Shown piece after piece: positions 1 to 9,726 of a DNA stretch of 64,000 nt. A program made the position numbers and the translations under genes. The first letter of the stretch is position 1; the number at the start of each line of letters is the position of its first letter. The stretch is from positions 4,680 through 68,679 of IMG/VR virus record IMGVR_UViG_3300020190_000049. One strand, given 5' to 3'. Under the pieces are notes generated by a model. That model was not told the origin of the DNA. It did no database searches and was given only the letters and a program-made list of their open reading frames with translations. The stretch is from a virus.

Positions 1-2
1 AG

Positions 3-458
3 ACCAAAGAAGCCAAGCCAGCGCCCGATCCAGAGTGGCTGTTGTTTGAGAAATGTATGCGAGGCGACACTTCAGACAACGTATTCTCTGCCTATCCGGG
101 TGTTAGGACCAAAGGTACATCTAAGAAGGTAGGGCTCATGGAAGCTTTTGAAGATCGAAAAGCAAAAGGTTTTTCGTGGAACAATCTCATGCTACAGCGT
201 TGGACCGATCATGAAGGCAAGGAACATCGTGTGCTGGAAGACTATGAGCGCAATCGCCGATTGATTGATCTCTCATATCAACCAGAACGCATCAAAGAAA
301 TCATCGCCGCCACCATCGCCGAGGCCACTGGTGCTGACAAAAACGTCAGCCAGGTTGGCATACGTTTAATGAAATTCTGTCATTTGTATGATTTGAAGAA
401 GATCGCCGAACAGGCACAGAGTTATGCCGAACCACTTAACGCGAGGTACACACTATGA
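3..458 (+). CDS. rnh: 5'-3' exonuclease / T4 RNase H-like protein, C-terminal part (truncated by window start)
   Basis: Frame is open from position 3. Helix-3-turn-helix motif MRGDTSDNVFSAYPGV and a downstream 'ERNRRLIDL' motif are typical of the FEN/T4 RNase H family. Confidence 0.8.
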   Translation, partial: TKEAKPAPDPEWLLFEKCMRGDTSDNVFSAYPGVRTKGTSKKVGLMEAFEDRKAKGFSWNNLMLQRWTDHEGKEHRVLEDYERNRRLIDLSYQPERIKEIIAATIAEATGADKNVSQVGIRLMKFCHLYDLKKIAEQAQSYAEPLNARYTL

Positions 459-931
459 CAGAATTATATGCTAAACCAATCATCGACGATAAATTTTGGA
501 TCGTAGAAGAAGACGGTGAAAAGATTGCTACTTTACGAAAGAATGAAGACAATCGATTTGTGATGAGCAATAAGTCAGGCATTAAAATCTATTATGATAA
601 AGAAAGCCTTACTCGCCAATTCGGAAAAAATTTCTTCGTGGTTAAAATTATAAAAGAAAAAGACAACGCCGAACCAAACGAAGTACATGGTTATGCTACA
701 TCGGCCGAACCTCATAATCCGTTGTACGATGTTAAAAGAAAACTTCCGCTATTTACAAAAAGCAGTGATTCAAAGAGTTTATATTGTGCTGGATATTACG
801 TGATTAAATTTGATAAAGGTTGGGTTAAATCATTCTGTCCTAAATTAATCACTCTCCAACGATATCCGTATAAAGGTCCGTTTAAAACAGATATAGAAAT
901 GAAACAGGTTTTATCAAATGTCTCAAAATAA
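455..931 (+). CDS. hypothetical phage protein
   Basis: 158 aa ORF with ATGA overlap to the upstream gene. Confidence 0.75.
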   Translation: MTELYAKPIIDDKFWIVEEDGEKIATLRKNEDNRFVMSNKSGIKIYYDKESLTRQFGKNFFVVKIIKEKDNAEPNEVHGYATSAEPHNPLYDVKRKLPLFTKSSDSKSLYCAGYYVIKFDKGWVKSFCPKLITLQRYPYKGPFKTDIEMKQVLSNVSK

Positions 932-1166
932 TTTACCAAACACATTACCTACTATAGAAAAATTAATATCTAGGATTGCAGTAGCGGAACGCAGTCAACA
1001 GAAAGAGATACGAATCACTATACAAGAAGCCAGAGAATTAACTTCGGAATTAGCGATACTTACTAACAGATTAGGCAAAACAGTACAGGATATCCATCAG
1101 ATATTGTCGGAAATACGAGAATCAACTACAAAAATTGATGTTAAATTCGACGGGGGCTCTTTCTAG
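918..1166 (+). CDS. hypothetical protein (coiled-coil)
   Basis: 82 aa ORF overlapping the previous stop; heptad-like pattern. Confidence 0.7.
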   Translation: MSQNNLPNTLPTIEKLISRIAVAERSQQKEIRITIQEARELTSELAILTNRLGKTVQDIHQILSEIRESTTKIDVKFDGGSF

Positions 1167-1171
1167 ATCTG

Positions 1172-1178
1172 ATAAATA
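1172..1178 (+). promoter_or_regulatory. putative T4-type late promoter (ATAAATA)
   Basis: Matches the core of the T4 late consensus TATAAATA in a short intergenic gap; the motif recurs before many genes in the window. Confidence 0.55.
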
Positions 1179-1209
1179 TATACGTGGTTAATTAGGATAC
1201 GTATATTAG

Positions 1210-1494
1210 ATGAGCAGACCAAAACCAAAAGTAATTCTCGAATACGCTAACAAAGAGAACTACAAAGTAGAACAAATTCTAGAAAGCGAAGCCATTTGGG
1301 CAGTTTTTTACAAAGGCAAGCCTTTCAATTTAAAAAGCGGCAGTCTGTTGGCCAGTTATCCAGGACCTAAATATAAAAAGGTCAGTTTTTCAAATCCCGG
1401 TCATGCTTATAATCTAGCAAAAAAATTAAACAAATTATTCAAGACAAATGATTTCAGTGTCTGTAAACTAACGGTCGGTGAAGAAATCAAATAA
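1210..1494 (+). CDS. hypothetical basic phage protein
   Basis: 94 aa Lys-rich ORF downstream of the late-promoter motif. Confidence 0.75.
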   Translation: MSRPKPKVILEYANKENYKVEQILESEAIWAVFYKGKPFNLKSGSLLASYPGPKYKKVSFSNPGHAYNLAKKLNKLFKTNDFSVCKLTVGEEIK

Positions 1495-1497
1495 GTG

Positions 1498-1896
1498 ATG
1501 GATCCAAAAGATAGGTACACTGGAATTTTTTTGAAGGCCGCTGGTCAGCCTTGCGACGACCGGACTATAAAAGATCATCGAGGAAGATGGTGGTTTAGCA
1601 CACGTGGAAAAAAGGAAGGTGGCCTGCGCATTACCGATCGCTGTTTGGAATTTATCGAAACCGAATCAGAAATAAAAACATATAAAATAGAATTACCTAA
1701 AGATCTAATCATAGGTCCTCAGGTTTTAATTTGGTTAGATCAATTTCTAGAAACTCCATGGCATTTAGAAAAACGTTACATAAAAGTATTATCGGAAAAA
1801 TCAGCGTTTGAATTATATCTTTTTTCTGGAGACGTTAAAAAAATGGGATCTTCAAAAGCCATGTCCAAAAGATTAATCCAAGAATCATCCTCATAA
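1498..1896 (+). CDS. hypothetical phage protein
   Basis: ORF packed in the operon; ATG at 1498 (or GTG at 1495). Confidence 0.7.
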   Translation: MDPKDRYTGIFLKAAGQPCDDRTIKDHRGRWWFSTRGKKEGGLRITDRCLEFIETESEIKTYKIELPKDLIIGPQVLIWLDQFLETPWHLEKRYIKVLSEKSAFELYLFSGDVKKMGSSKAMSKRLIQESSS

Positions 1897-1922
1897 AAAA
1901 TATTTGTGTTAAATAATTCGCT

Positions 1923-2198
1923 ATGTTTGATCTCAATGCCTTAGATATATTAAACTGCAGAAAAATGGCGACAGAAGTTTCTCATTTTTCTAAAGTTAAT
2001 ATAGGAAAACCAGATTGGGGAGATGACCTGATCGAAGATTGGATTATCTCCAATCTCAAAGGTCGTTATTATCTGTTAGATCGTCCTTATGTAACTGAGG
2101 ATGGCAAACTTAAAACATCCAGATTTGCGGGTTTTGAAGATCAAAAAGAGATAACTTATTTTATACTAGCCTGTCCACATTTAAGGAGAAATCAATGA
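1923..2198 (+). CDS. hypothetical phage protein
   Basis: 91 aa ORF. Confidence 0.7.
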   Translation: MFDLNALDILNCRKMATEVSHFSKVNIGKPDWGDDLIEDWIISNLKGRYYLLDRPYVTEDGKLKTSRFAGFEDQKEITYFILACPHLRRNQ

Positions 2199-2428
2199 CT
2201 GAAGACGTACAAAATCAAGAAGTTCCTGCTACTGGTCAAACCGATGCCGCGGCGACTCAAGCCCCTGCAGGTCCTGATCTAAATATCACCGACTTATCTG
2301 CTTTAAGAAATATTGTCGAGATCGCATCGCAACGAGGCGCTTTCAAAGCCGCTGAACTAGAAGTAGTAGGGAAAACATACAACAAACTATCTGCTTTTTT
2401 AGAAGCAGTAGGCAAAAAGGAACAATAA
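2195..2428 (+). CDS. hypothetical phage protein
   Basis: 77 aa ORF with a strong AAGGAG RBS upstream. Confidence 0.75.
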   Translation: MTEDVQNQEVPATGQTDAAATQAPAGPDLNITDLSALRNIVEIASQRGAFKAAELEVVGKTYNKLSAFLEAVGKKEQ

Positions 2429-2429
2429 T

Positions 2430-3083
2430 ATGAAAGCACTAAAACATATCGGAAGAGCTATCAAGTCGGGAGCGAAAGTTTTGGTGGCATTTAGAACGCT
2501 TCCCGGCGAATCTAACTATGCTCTGGTGATACCTGTAGCACAGTTATCTGATTCATATCATGACTCTATCATGAAAGTAGTGGAAAGCGATCAAGCACAG
2601 GAATCATTCGAATTCGGAGAGATACTGTTTACTCGTACGTTTTCGGATGGCAGACCTATGCTACAAGCCCTTCGAGCAGACGGCTTATTAGAAAGGGTAA
2701 CTACTGATTCGATATTAATGACTCCTACTCCCAACGATACTATTCCTTTACACTCTCTCAATCTATTGATCGCTGAACAAAAAAATTGCGCCGTAGACGA
2801 CCTTTGCAGTTTTGTATCAGGTGCACCTAAAAAAACCGATGCGACTATAGAAGACGTCGCTACCGTAGAAGACTTGGGCAGAGATGTAGGTGAACCGAAA
2901 CCTGCTTCTACTAAGATACAGGCCAAGGCAAACGAAACTTTAACTGACAAAGATATCGCTAAAGGTTTACGTAGCCAGGCAGATGCTCTTTACAAAGAAG
3001 CAGCACGTTTACGAAAAGAAGCAGAAGAACTCGATCCCACTGTAAAGAAATCTTCAAAGGTCAAAGAAACAGCAGATGCCTAA
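2430..3083 (+). CDS. hypothetical phage protein
   Basis: 217 aa ORF with a C-terminal coiled-coil. Confidence 0.75.
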   Translation: MKALKHIGRAIKSGAKVLVAFRTLPGESNYALVIPVAQLSDSYHDSIMKVVESDQAQESFEFGEILFTRTFSDGRPMLQALRADGLLERVTTDSILMTPTPNDTIPLHSLNLLIAEQKNCAVDDLCSFVSGAPKKTDATIEDVATVEDLGRDVGEPKPASTKIQAKANETLTDKDIAKGLRSQADALYKEAARLRKEAEELDPTVKKSSKVKETADA

Positions 3084-3381
3084 ATCGTTGTTTAAACCTC
3101 CTCGGCACCTCGTCGAGGAGTGGCCTGAGATTTTTGAAGATATGTATATGAATACGATGCCAGTCTATTATATAGATATGGTTCGGATGGAGTTTACCGA
3201 TGGAAGAGTTTGGGAAATCAATATACAAGAACAATTATACGATCTTCCTAACGAACTAGTTGCTACGAGATTAGTAGATACTTTTCAAGAATTCAAAGAA
3301 GATATTAAAAAGATCGATTTTAAAATTGATGTTGATCGATTAAAACAAGATATTAAAAAACAATCTAGGGATATACTTTAA
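3076..3381 (+). CDS. hypothetical phage protein
   Basis: 101 aa ORF, last gene of the + strand block. Confidence 0.7.
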   Translation: MPKSLFKPPRHLVEEWPEIFEDMYMNTMPVYYIDMVRMEFTDGRVWEINIQEQLYDLPNELVATRLVDTFQEFKEDIKKIDFKIDVDRLKQDIKKQSRDIL

Positions 3382-3484
3382 ACATTTGTTGAAAAATGAT
3401 TCCACGCATAGGGACAATATTTTTTATTCATTTTATTGATTTAGTAAATAACTCTCCAAGTTCGGGTATATAATCAACTATTTT
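3378..3484 (-). pseudogene. relic fragments of radical SAM paralogues
   Basis: 3484-3428 reads KIVDYIPELGELFTKSIK* (resembles the C-terminus of 3485-4753). 3431-3378 reads MNKKYCPYAWNHFSTNV* (resembles its N-terminal LCAVPWMHL). Confidence 0.5.
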
Positions 3485-4753
3485 TCATAGACCTTTCACC
3501 GCTTTGCGAACAACCTCCATCTCTGGAATAGTTTCGAATACATTCTCTTTTCTCAGATTATCTACTTGTGCAGATACTATTAGAAACTTTTTAGCGGCTT
3601 CTAGATTAAATGGCTGGCGTAGTTCGTGAAGTATCTGTGTAAAAATAGAATCTATGCTAGTATTGTATTTTTTATTGTACTCTACAATAAACGATTCTAT
3701 CTTTTCTATGGTAGACATTCTGTAATCGTCTGGTAAGATACTTACATGATAATGTTTAGGATGATCCAGTAAGTTGATAAAGAAGTTGTTATAGTTGACA
3801 TATCGATATATATTAGGATGCCTTCTAATAACACCCAAGTCTGTCAAATAAGTAATCATCTCGGGCAATCGGGCAACGTTCCATGCACCGATAGTCATGC
3901 CAGGTCGCATGATAATATTATCATATTTGGCAATTTCTTTGAGATTGTCTGCTACCTTACTCCATACTGTGCCGCTACGGATCAATTCAGCACGTTCGTC
4001 AATCTCGTCGATGCTAGGCCATACTTCTAATTTGCCCAGTTTCCATTGCTTCCAGTAGTCTAGTACATTCTTTTTTCCATATTCGAGAACTGAACAGTTT
4101 GTATTGTAGCTAAGTTTAACGTCGAAACGTTTATTTTCTACAAGTTTATCGAGTATATGCCAGTGCTCGTCCATCAACAACGGTTCACCACCAGCAAAAT
4201 AGATACGTTTAACGTTATCCATTTGATCTTCTAAGAAGTCGAAGTTTGTTTTATCCTCGACTCCTTCAATGTTCCATACCTTTTCTTGGTCAGTGTAACC
4301 TAGTTTCTTGGCATCGGGCACCCACGCACTGCTGTATCGTGGCCCGCAACTACGGCATTTGAAGTTACACAAGTTACTAAAACGAAAGTCCCAGTACTTC
4401 AAATCCATTTCAGTGCAAGTTCCGTCTTCTAATGTAATGCTAGGAATCTTTTCTAGCACATCAGGAAAGTCTCGATTGTGATAAAACCTGCCGCTGACGC
4501 CAGTAACATCTTCTTTGTTAAAACAAGTATCGCAGACCTTAGGACGCTTTCCTTCAATCATGTCTTTGCGTAACTTCTTCATGTTATCGCTATTCCAGAT
4601 TTCTTCGATGCTTTGCGTAGTTAAGTCACCTGCAAAATAGTTATGATGGCTAGTGAGGCAACACGGCACCACTTTGCCGTTTGGCTCAAAGTTTAAGTGC
4701 ATCCAAGGGACTGCACATAATGTTTCATTCTTTATAGGTATAATTTTGCTCAT
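3485..4753 (-). CDS. radical SAM protein with N-terminal SPASM/twitch-like Cys domain
   Basis: CxxxCxxC motif (NLCNFKCRSC), GGEP motif (FAGGEPLL), and N-terminal CAVPW...VVPCC...CDTC. Confidence 0.9.
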   Translation of the reverse strand: MSKIIPIKNETLCAVPWMHLNFEPNGKVVPCCLTSHHNYFAGDLTTQSIEEIWNSDNMKKLRKDMIEGKRPKVCDTCFNKEDVTGVSGRFYHNRDFPDVLEKIPSITLEDGTCTEMDLKYWDFRFSNLCNFKCRSCGPRYSSAWVPDAKKLGYTDQEKVWNIEGVEDKTNFDFLEDQMDNVKRIYFAGGEPLLMDEHWHILDKLVENKRFDVKLSYNTNCSVLEYGKKNVLDYWKQWKLGKLEVWPSIDEIDERAELIRSGTVWSKVADNLKEIAKYDNIIMRPGMTIGAWNVARLPEMITYLTDLGVIRRHPNIYRYVNYNNFFINLLDHPKHYHVSILPDDYRMSTIEKIESFIVEYNKKYNTSIDSIFTQILHELRQPFNLEAAKKFLIVSAQVDNLRKENVFETIPEMEVVRKAVKGL

Positions 4754-4813
4754 TGTATACTTATGTCCATAGACCGCGACGTACTTTGATAAGACGTATC
4801 ATCAATTTTAGAC

Positions 4814-6181
4814 TTAAGGATGAATATTTTTTGTTCGTTGCTCATACAGGTCCTTAAGCCATTCAAAATCATTTATTTTAAATAACGCATCGTTGTTTCC
4901 GATATTATCATATCCGTACTCTCTTCCTGCTATAGCACCGTCAATAGAATATTTTCCAAACAATCTATCTCGACCGAGATTACACCATGCTTGCAATCTT
5001 AAATCTGTTTCCTCATCATATGTCTCATCCACAGGACGACTAGCCAGTTTTACACATTCGCGAAATGCAGATTTCCATGTAGAAAATTCGTCTGTATCAA
5101 ATCTAGTTTTGTTACTAACTAATTCTATCACTTTTAATCTATCGCTTATCGACATCGTCATATCTACAGTATTTGTATTCATTGAAAGAACTAAATCTCT
5201 GGGTAACAATTTTACTCCGCCATATCCATACACCAAATCATTTATAGGATTAATAGATTGCCAAATAAAAACGATATCTCTTTCGTATCTAGATACTTCA
5301 TAATCGAATTCAAAATCATCTACTATTTCAGCATCGCCATCTACTACATAAAACATGTTTGTTTCTACTATTCCAGCAGCGGCTTTGTGTGCATTATGTA
5401 TACCTTTTATACCATGCACTCTTTTTGCTCTAGGAAATCTCGATTTTAATTTTTCAAAATTTTCATCTGCATTAGGCTCATTATAACTGATAAAAACAAT
5501 ATCATAAGATTTTAATTTAGATGCAACGATTTCGTATTGTTTTTTTTCGATAGGAAATCTAAAATCAATTTCTTTTTTCGATAATTTTTTATTTTTAGGA
5601 ATGCAGGAGATTCCGTTGTAAGTTAATTCGTTCCTAAACTTATGTTGAAATACATGATTCATATTTCTATCATAGAAATTATGATGATTAAAATAAAGAT
5701 CAAAGTCAAAATCTAAAACCTCTACTTCTTTAGGTATCATCCAAAACATTTCCATTCTACTTTTGTCGCAAGCATCGATATAATCATCATACGTGTCTAT
5801 GATAAATTTTTCAAATTGTCGAGGACGAGATGCAACTATATCTATTTCTTTTTTATTTAAAAAGAGTCTATAAGAAAATTCTCTATTTGTAACATTATGT
5901 TCTTTAGAAAAAATACAAATTCCATCAAAAAAGTCTTTATTTTTAAATATGTGAACATAAGAACGATCCCAAATTTCTATCGTATAATCGAAAGAAAAAC
6001 CTTCTTCGACTATTAGGTCGTTCCAAACCACCCAGAAAAATTTAGTCAGAGATTTAGATTTTATTTTATCTAAAGAATCAACATTCTCAAGTTTCTGTGC
6101 TAGCGGAAATCGACTTTGAAATAGTTTCCAGTCGTTTTCGTTTATTTGATTTTTGCTGACATAGAAAAGATCATATTTCAT
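4814..6181 (-). CDS. glycosyltransferase-like protein (GT-A/DxD) with internally repeated domains
   Basis: YDIVFISYNE start, VVDGDAEI DxD motif and YGYGGVKL; paralogous to 6171-7061; two degenerate N-terminal repeats. Confidence 0.65.
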   Translation of the reverse strand: MKYDLFYVSKNQINENDWKLFQSRFPLAQKLENVDSLDKIKSKSLTKFFWVVWNDLIVEEGFSFDYTIEIWDRSYVHIFKNKDFFDGICIFSKEHNVTNREFSYRLFLNKKEIDIVASRPRQFEKFIIDTYDDYIDACDKSRMEMFWMIPKEVEVLDFDFDLYFNHHNFYDRNMNHVFQHKFRNELTYNGISCIPKNKKLSKKEIDFRFPIEKKQYEIVASKLKSYDIVFISYNEPNADENFEKLKSRFPRAKRVHGIKGIHNAHKAAAGIVETNMFYVVDGDAEIVDDFEFDYEVSRYERDIVFIWQSINPINDLVYGYGGVKLLPRDLVLSMNTNTVDMTMSISDRLKVIELVSNKTRFDTDEFSTWKSAFRECVKLASRPVDETYDEETDLRLQAWCNLGRDRLFGKYSIDGAIAGREYGYDNIGNNDALFKINDFEWLKDLYEQRTKNIHP

Positions 6182-7061
6182 GAGAGGATCTATAATAGGT
6201 TTTTGATAATTCTATGGTTTCTATATAAAGATTATAGGTATATTCGCTTTGTTTAGGATCTAGATATGGCCAATTGAATCCCAATTCGTGTTTAATTTTC
6301 GTTCCTAAATCTTGTGTGTCATGTTCTATATCTAAATGTTTTACTTGAGTTTCATAGATTTCTTTCAATACTTCAAAATCTCTAACTTGCACATAATCCC
6401 AATCTGTACAATTAGTCATCCAGGTTCCCATCCTAGTTCCAAGAACGGCATACTTTCCATTGTCAACATGTGATCCAACTGTTGCCCACTGCTTCAATCT
6501 ATGTAAATTGTGCCACCAAATACGTTCTTTAATTTCTTGCGGTGGAACTTTGACTCCATCGAGCAAGGTCATCTTAACGCCCTCACGGAATCCTGCTCGC
6601 CATGCTTGGAATGGAGAACCAGTAATAATTACATCGCTAAAACAATCTGGAAATTGTCTATATCCTTTTTCCCAACAAAAATCTACTTGAGCACGATCGC
6701 TGTTGCTGGCTTCGTGAGTCTTCATGTTTAGAACAAAATCTTTTTTCCATAATTTAACTCCGCCATTACCGTACATAAGACCATTAATAATATTTTTTCC
6801 TACCCAACTATATACGTCAATTTCTTTCTTAAGATCCAAATCTAAATTAAAGAAAGAAGTATAGACAATATTGTCTGCATCTACAGTGACGAATCGATCA
6901 GTTTCCGATAACTCCGCTGCGGCTTTATGCGCTGCATCACTGCCTTTTACACCATGAACACGCTTTGCCCAAGGAACTTTGTTGCACAGATCAGCATAAT
7001 GTAGATCTGCATTAGGTTCATCATAACTTAGAAAAACTACATCAAATTCAATTATTTTCAT
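6171..7061 (-). CDS. glycosyltransferase-like protein (GT-A/DxD)
   Basis: FDVVFLSYDE, TVDADNIV DxD motif, YGNGGVKL, AWRAGFREGVK. Confidence 0.65.
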   Translation of the reverse strand: MKIIEFDVVFLSYDEPNADLHYADLCNKVPWAKRVHGVKGSDAAHKAAAELSETDRFVTVDADNIVYTSFFNLDLDLKKEIDVYSWVGKNIINGLMYGNGGVKLWKKDFVLNMKTHEASNSDRAQVDFCWEKGYRQFPDCFSDVIITGSPFQAWRAGFREGVKMTLLDGVKVPPQEIKERIWWHNLHRLKQWATVGSHVDNGKYAVLGTRMGTWMTNCTDWDYVQVRDFEVLKEIYETQVKHLDIEHDTQDLGTKIKHELGFNWPYLDPKQSEYTYNLYIETIELSKTYYRSSHEI

Positions 7062-7644
7062 AATTCATTACATAATTTTTAAAAATTCTTCTGGTATAGA
7101 TACTAAAATTCAGAGGAACATTGATTTCAAATTCTATGATTTTCGAATTGAACAAATTATCCACAGTAGTCGAAAAAGTTTCGTGTAATCCGTTTGGATC
7201 ATTATAATCGGTCACGAGAAATAACATTTCTGTGCTGCCATCCCAATAAATTTTTCTAGATTTATAAAATTTATCTGATAATTTTATTATCATTTTTTTA
7301 GAAAAAACAGAAATTATTACATCCGGATCTGAGATATCTGACCAAGAAGAATCGATTATTCTATGTAAAACATCATCAATTTTAGTCAGACTTTTATTTT
7401 CAATAATTTCTAAAGAATTATCATCTGTGTTAACGACATACGAATTTAATAATGTTTTACCTTCGAGAACTGATTGTGCAATCTCCTCATCAACTTCTAT
7501 TTTATTAGAAACAGACGGACATGAATGATCCGGATAGATACCTAAAATACCGCCGGATGCAGGATCAAATACAGCATAGTATCTGATCTCTGTTACAGGA
7601 AGACTCTGCATCCATTCTATTAAATCTTTTATCGCGTCTTCCAC
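7048..7644 (-). CDS. hypothetical protein in the glycosyltransferase cluster
   Basis: 198 aa ORF overlapping both neighbours. Confidence 0.7.
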   Translation of the reverse strand: MEDAIKDLIEWMQSLPVTEIRYYAVFDPASGGILGIYPDHSCPSVSNKIEVDEEIAQSVLEGKTLLNSYVVNTDDNSLEIIENKSLTKIDDVLHRIIDSSWSDISDPDVIISVFSKKMIIKLSDKFYKSRKIYWDGSTEMLFLVTDYNDPNGLHETFSTTVDNLFNSKIIEFEINVPLNFSIYTRRIFKNYVMNYENN

Positions 7645-8471
7645 GCTATCTCCTCAAGAATGCTAACTACTTCATCGGTAATTAAATCTTTTTCTACATA
7701 ATGAACAATGTCGTACTGCTGATAATTTCCTATTTTTAATCGAGCATCTTTGTTTAAATAAAACCCTATATGATTTGTAAATTTATCGGCAGGCCAGGGC
7801 CAGTTTTGTATTTCACCTTTCATATGTACGATTCTAGGAAATTCTAAATCATAAGAAACATCATCTTGTATATCTAGAATTTTAGATGATAATGCAAACG
7901 CTTCGTCTGTGCCTATCACCTTAGGTTTAAATTCAGTTAAGAATAAATTACTAAATTCTTTAGGATTTTTAAGAACGTATCTTCCTAGACTGAAAAATTC
8001 CTCGACTAATTTTGAATCTTTACGAAACCATGTCCACATAGAATATAAATTAGGAAGATCGTTTTTAGTAAAACATCTTCTATAAAAATCATTGGTAATG
8101 ACCTCTCCTCTATATGTAAAACTTCGATTCGGAACGTACAACTCGCAATTTTCTATAAAATAATCAATCCAATGGCTGTAATCTCTTAAAAATAGCATGT
8201 CTGCATCTAAACATACTGTATATTCCCAAGGAGTTAATTTATCCATCCAGGATCTTCCGTCCCAGAACGTTTCCTGATTCCACTCTATTATATGATCAAA
8301 TACCCAAGATGATTTAATTTTTTCCAATGAAGTCTTATTATCTATAACTAATGCTACTTTATCATATCCCGATTTTTGAGTATTTTTAATACTCAAGGCT
8401 AAAACATATGCTAATTTTAAATAATCAACAGATTCATTTTTAGAAACAATTATTAAATATCCGAAATTCAT
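7629..8471 (-). CDS. glycosyltransferase-like protein (GT8-like GT-A fold)
   Basis: LAYVLALSIK, TPWEYTVCLDADMLF DxD motif, GTDEAF, IVHMKG. Confidence 0.7.
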   Translation of the reverse strand: MNFGYLIIVSKNESVDYLKLAYVLALSIKNTQKSGYDKVALVIDNKTSLEKIKSSWVFDHIIEWNQETFWDGRSWMDKLTPWEYTVCLDADMLFLRDYSHWIDYFIENCELYVPNRSFTYRGEVITNDFYRRCFTKNDLPNLYSMWTWFRKDSKLVEEFFSLGRYVLKNPKEFSNLFLTEFKPKVIGTDEAFALSSKILDIQDDVSYDLEFPRIVHMKGEIQNWPWPADKFTNHIGFYLNKDARLKIGNYQQYDIVHYVEKDLITDEVVSILEEIAWKTR

Positions 8472-9325
8472 AGATTGATTAATCCTTCGTAATTTCTAAT
8501 AATACTTTGCTTGTTCATTATATGAATATCTTGGTCTTTTATCGATGCTAGATAAAAAGATAAATCATCATTCCAATATTTGATTGAAAATATCATTCTT
8601 CCGTTTTCATATATTTTTTCCAATATATCTTTTCCTTGCAAAGTTAAAATTGCGGGCAAAGAATATCTATTAAATTCAAAACCATTTAATATATGATATG
8701 CTATACTAAATGTAATATCGTTTCTATATTGTCTAGGATCAAATCTAAAAAGGTCTGCATAAAATTTATAATTATCTTTTATAAAATCAATTAATTTAAA
8801 AAATATTCTGCTATTTTCGTTTTTAGTAAACATTACTGTAGTTGCCCAATAAAGGTGAACTCCTGTTTCGCTGATCCAATCATCTAGATATCCCTTTCGA
8901 TCACCTTGTATATCATTAAATCGTTGACCTAATAACACATCTTGATTGATTTCCCAATAATTGTTTAGGACGTCTGTCATTATAAGAAAATCGCTATCTA
9001 TCATCAACGTTTTTTCATAAGGAGTATAATCCCAGACCGACGATCTATTTGAGTTTAAAAAAGGAACTGTCGATGATGTCGTTCCGTCGTGTAAAATTCT
9101 TTGATTTCCCGGCACAGGTCTAGGCACTGATATTATGTTTTCAAAAACATCTACTGCGGTCGACATCAATTTAGAAGTTTTCATCCACTCCTTAGTTGAC
9201 TCATCAGTTATAAGACTAACTGGCAATCGAAGATTTTTTTTGGCGAATTTTGCAGATATTATCGCCATTTTAGCATAATCGATATCTCGACTATTATGAG
9301 CTATGATTACTATTCCTTTTTTCAT
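8468..9325 (-). CDS. glycosyltransferase-like protein (GT8-like GT-A fold)
   Basis: TPYEKTLMIDSDFL DxD motif, RND, DIHIMNK; paralogue of 7629-8471. Confidence 0.7.
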   Translation of the reverse strand: MKKGIVIIAHNSRDIDYAKMAIISAKFAKKNLRLPVSLITDESTKEWMKTSKLMSTAVDVFENIISVPRPVPGNQRILHDGTTSSTVPFLNSNRSSVWDYTPYEKTLMIDSDFLIMTDVLNNYWEINQDVLLGQRFNDIQGDRKGYLDDWISETGVHLYWATTVMFTKNENSRIFFKLIDFIKDNYKFYADLFRFDPRQYRNDITFSIAYHILNGFEFNRYSLPAILTLQGKDILEKIYENGRMIFSIKYWNDDLSFYLASIKDQDIHIMNKQSIIRNYEGLINL

Positions 9326-9672
9326 AGATCTACTAGTTTTTCTACAGATCTACTTTTTTTAATTTTATCGTATTCTTCTTGATATTCAAAAGCGACAGAG
9401 AAAAATCTATCAAAAATTTCTGTTTTGAACATCTCTAAATTTTCTATGAGTATGGGATTTTCATTAGCATCTAAAAGCACAACTCCTTGTGTTCTGCCCT
9501 CGGAACATAGAATTGAAACAAAAGATAAAAGAGTTTGATCAATCTTAAAAATACCGCCATTGAACCCATAGGTTAACTTGGCCTGTATTTTTTCTTTAAG
9601 CGATTTACGTTGTACTGCTAATGTCTGTCTATAGTTAGAAAAATCTAATGCGTTTTTTAATCGATCGTCCAT
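9322..9672 (-). CDS. hypothetical phage protein
   Basis: 116 aa ORF with GGAG RBS and a GTAAATA late-like motif upstream. Confidence 0.75.
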   Translation of the reverse strand: MDDRLKNALDFSNYRQTLAVQRKSLKEKIQAKLTYGFNGGIFKIDQTLLSFVSILCSEGRTQGVVLLDANENPILIENLEMFKTEIFDRFFSVAFEYQEEYDKIKKSRSVEKLVDL

Positions 9673-9726
9673 TTGTACTCCAGAATAAAGTGTGCATATT
9701 ATTTACCTGGAATTTTTTACTTATTT

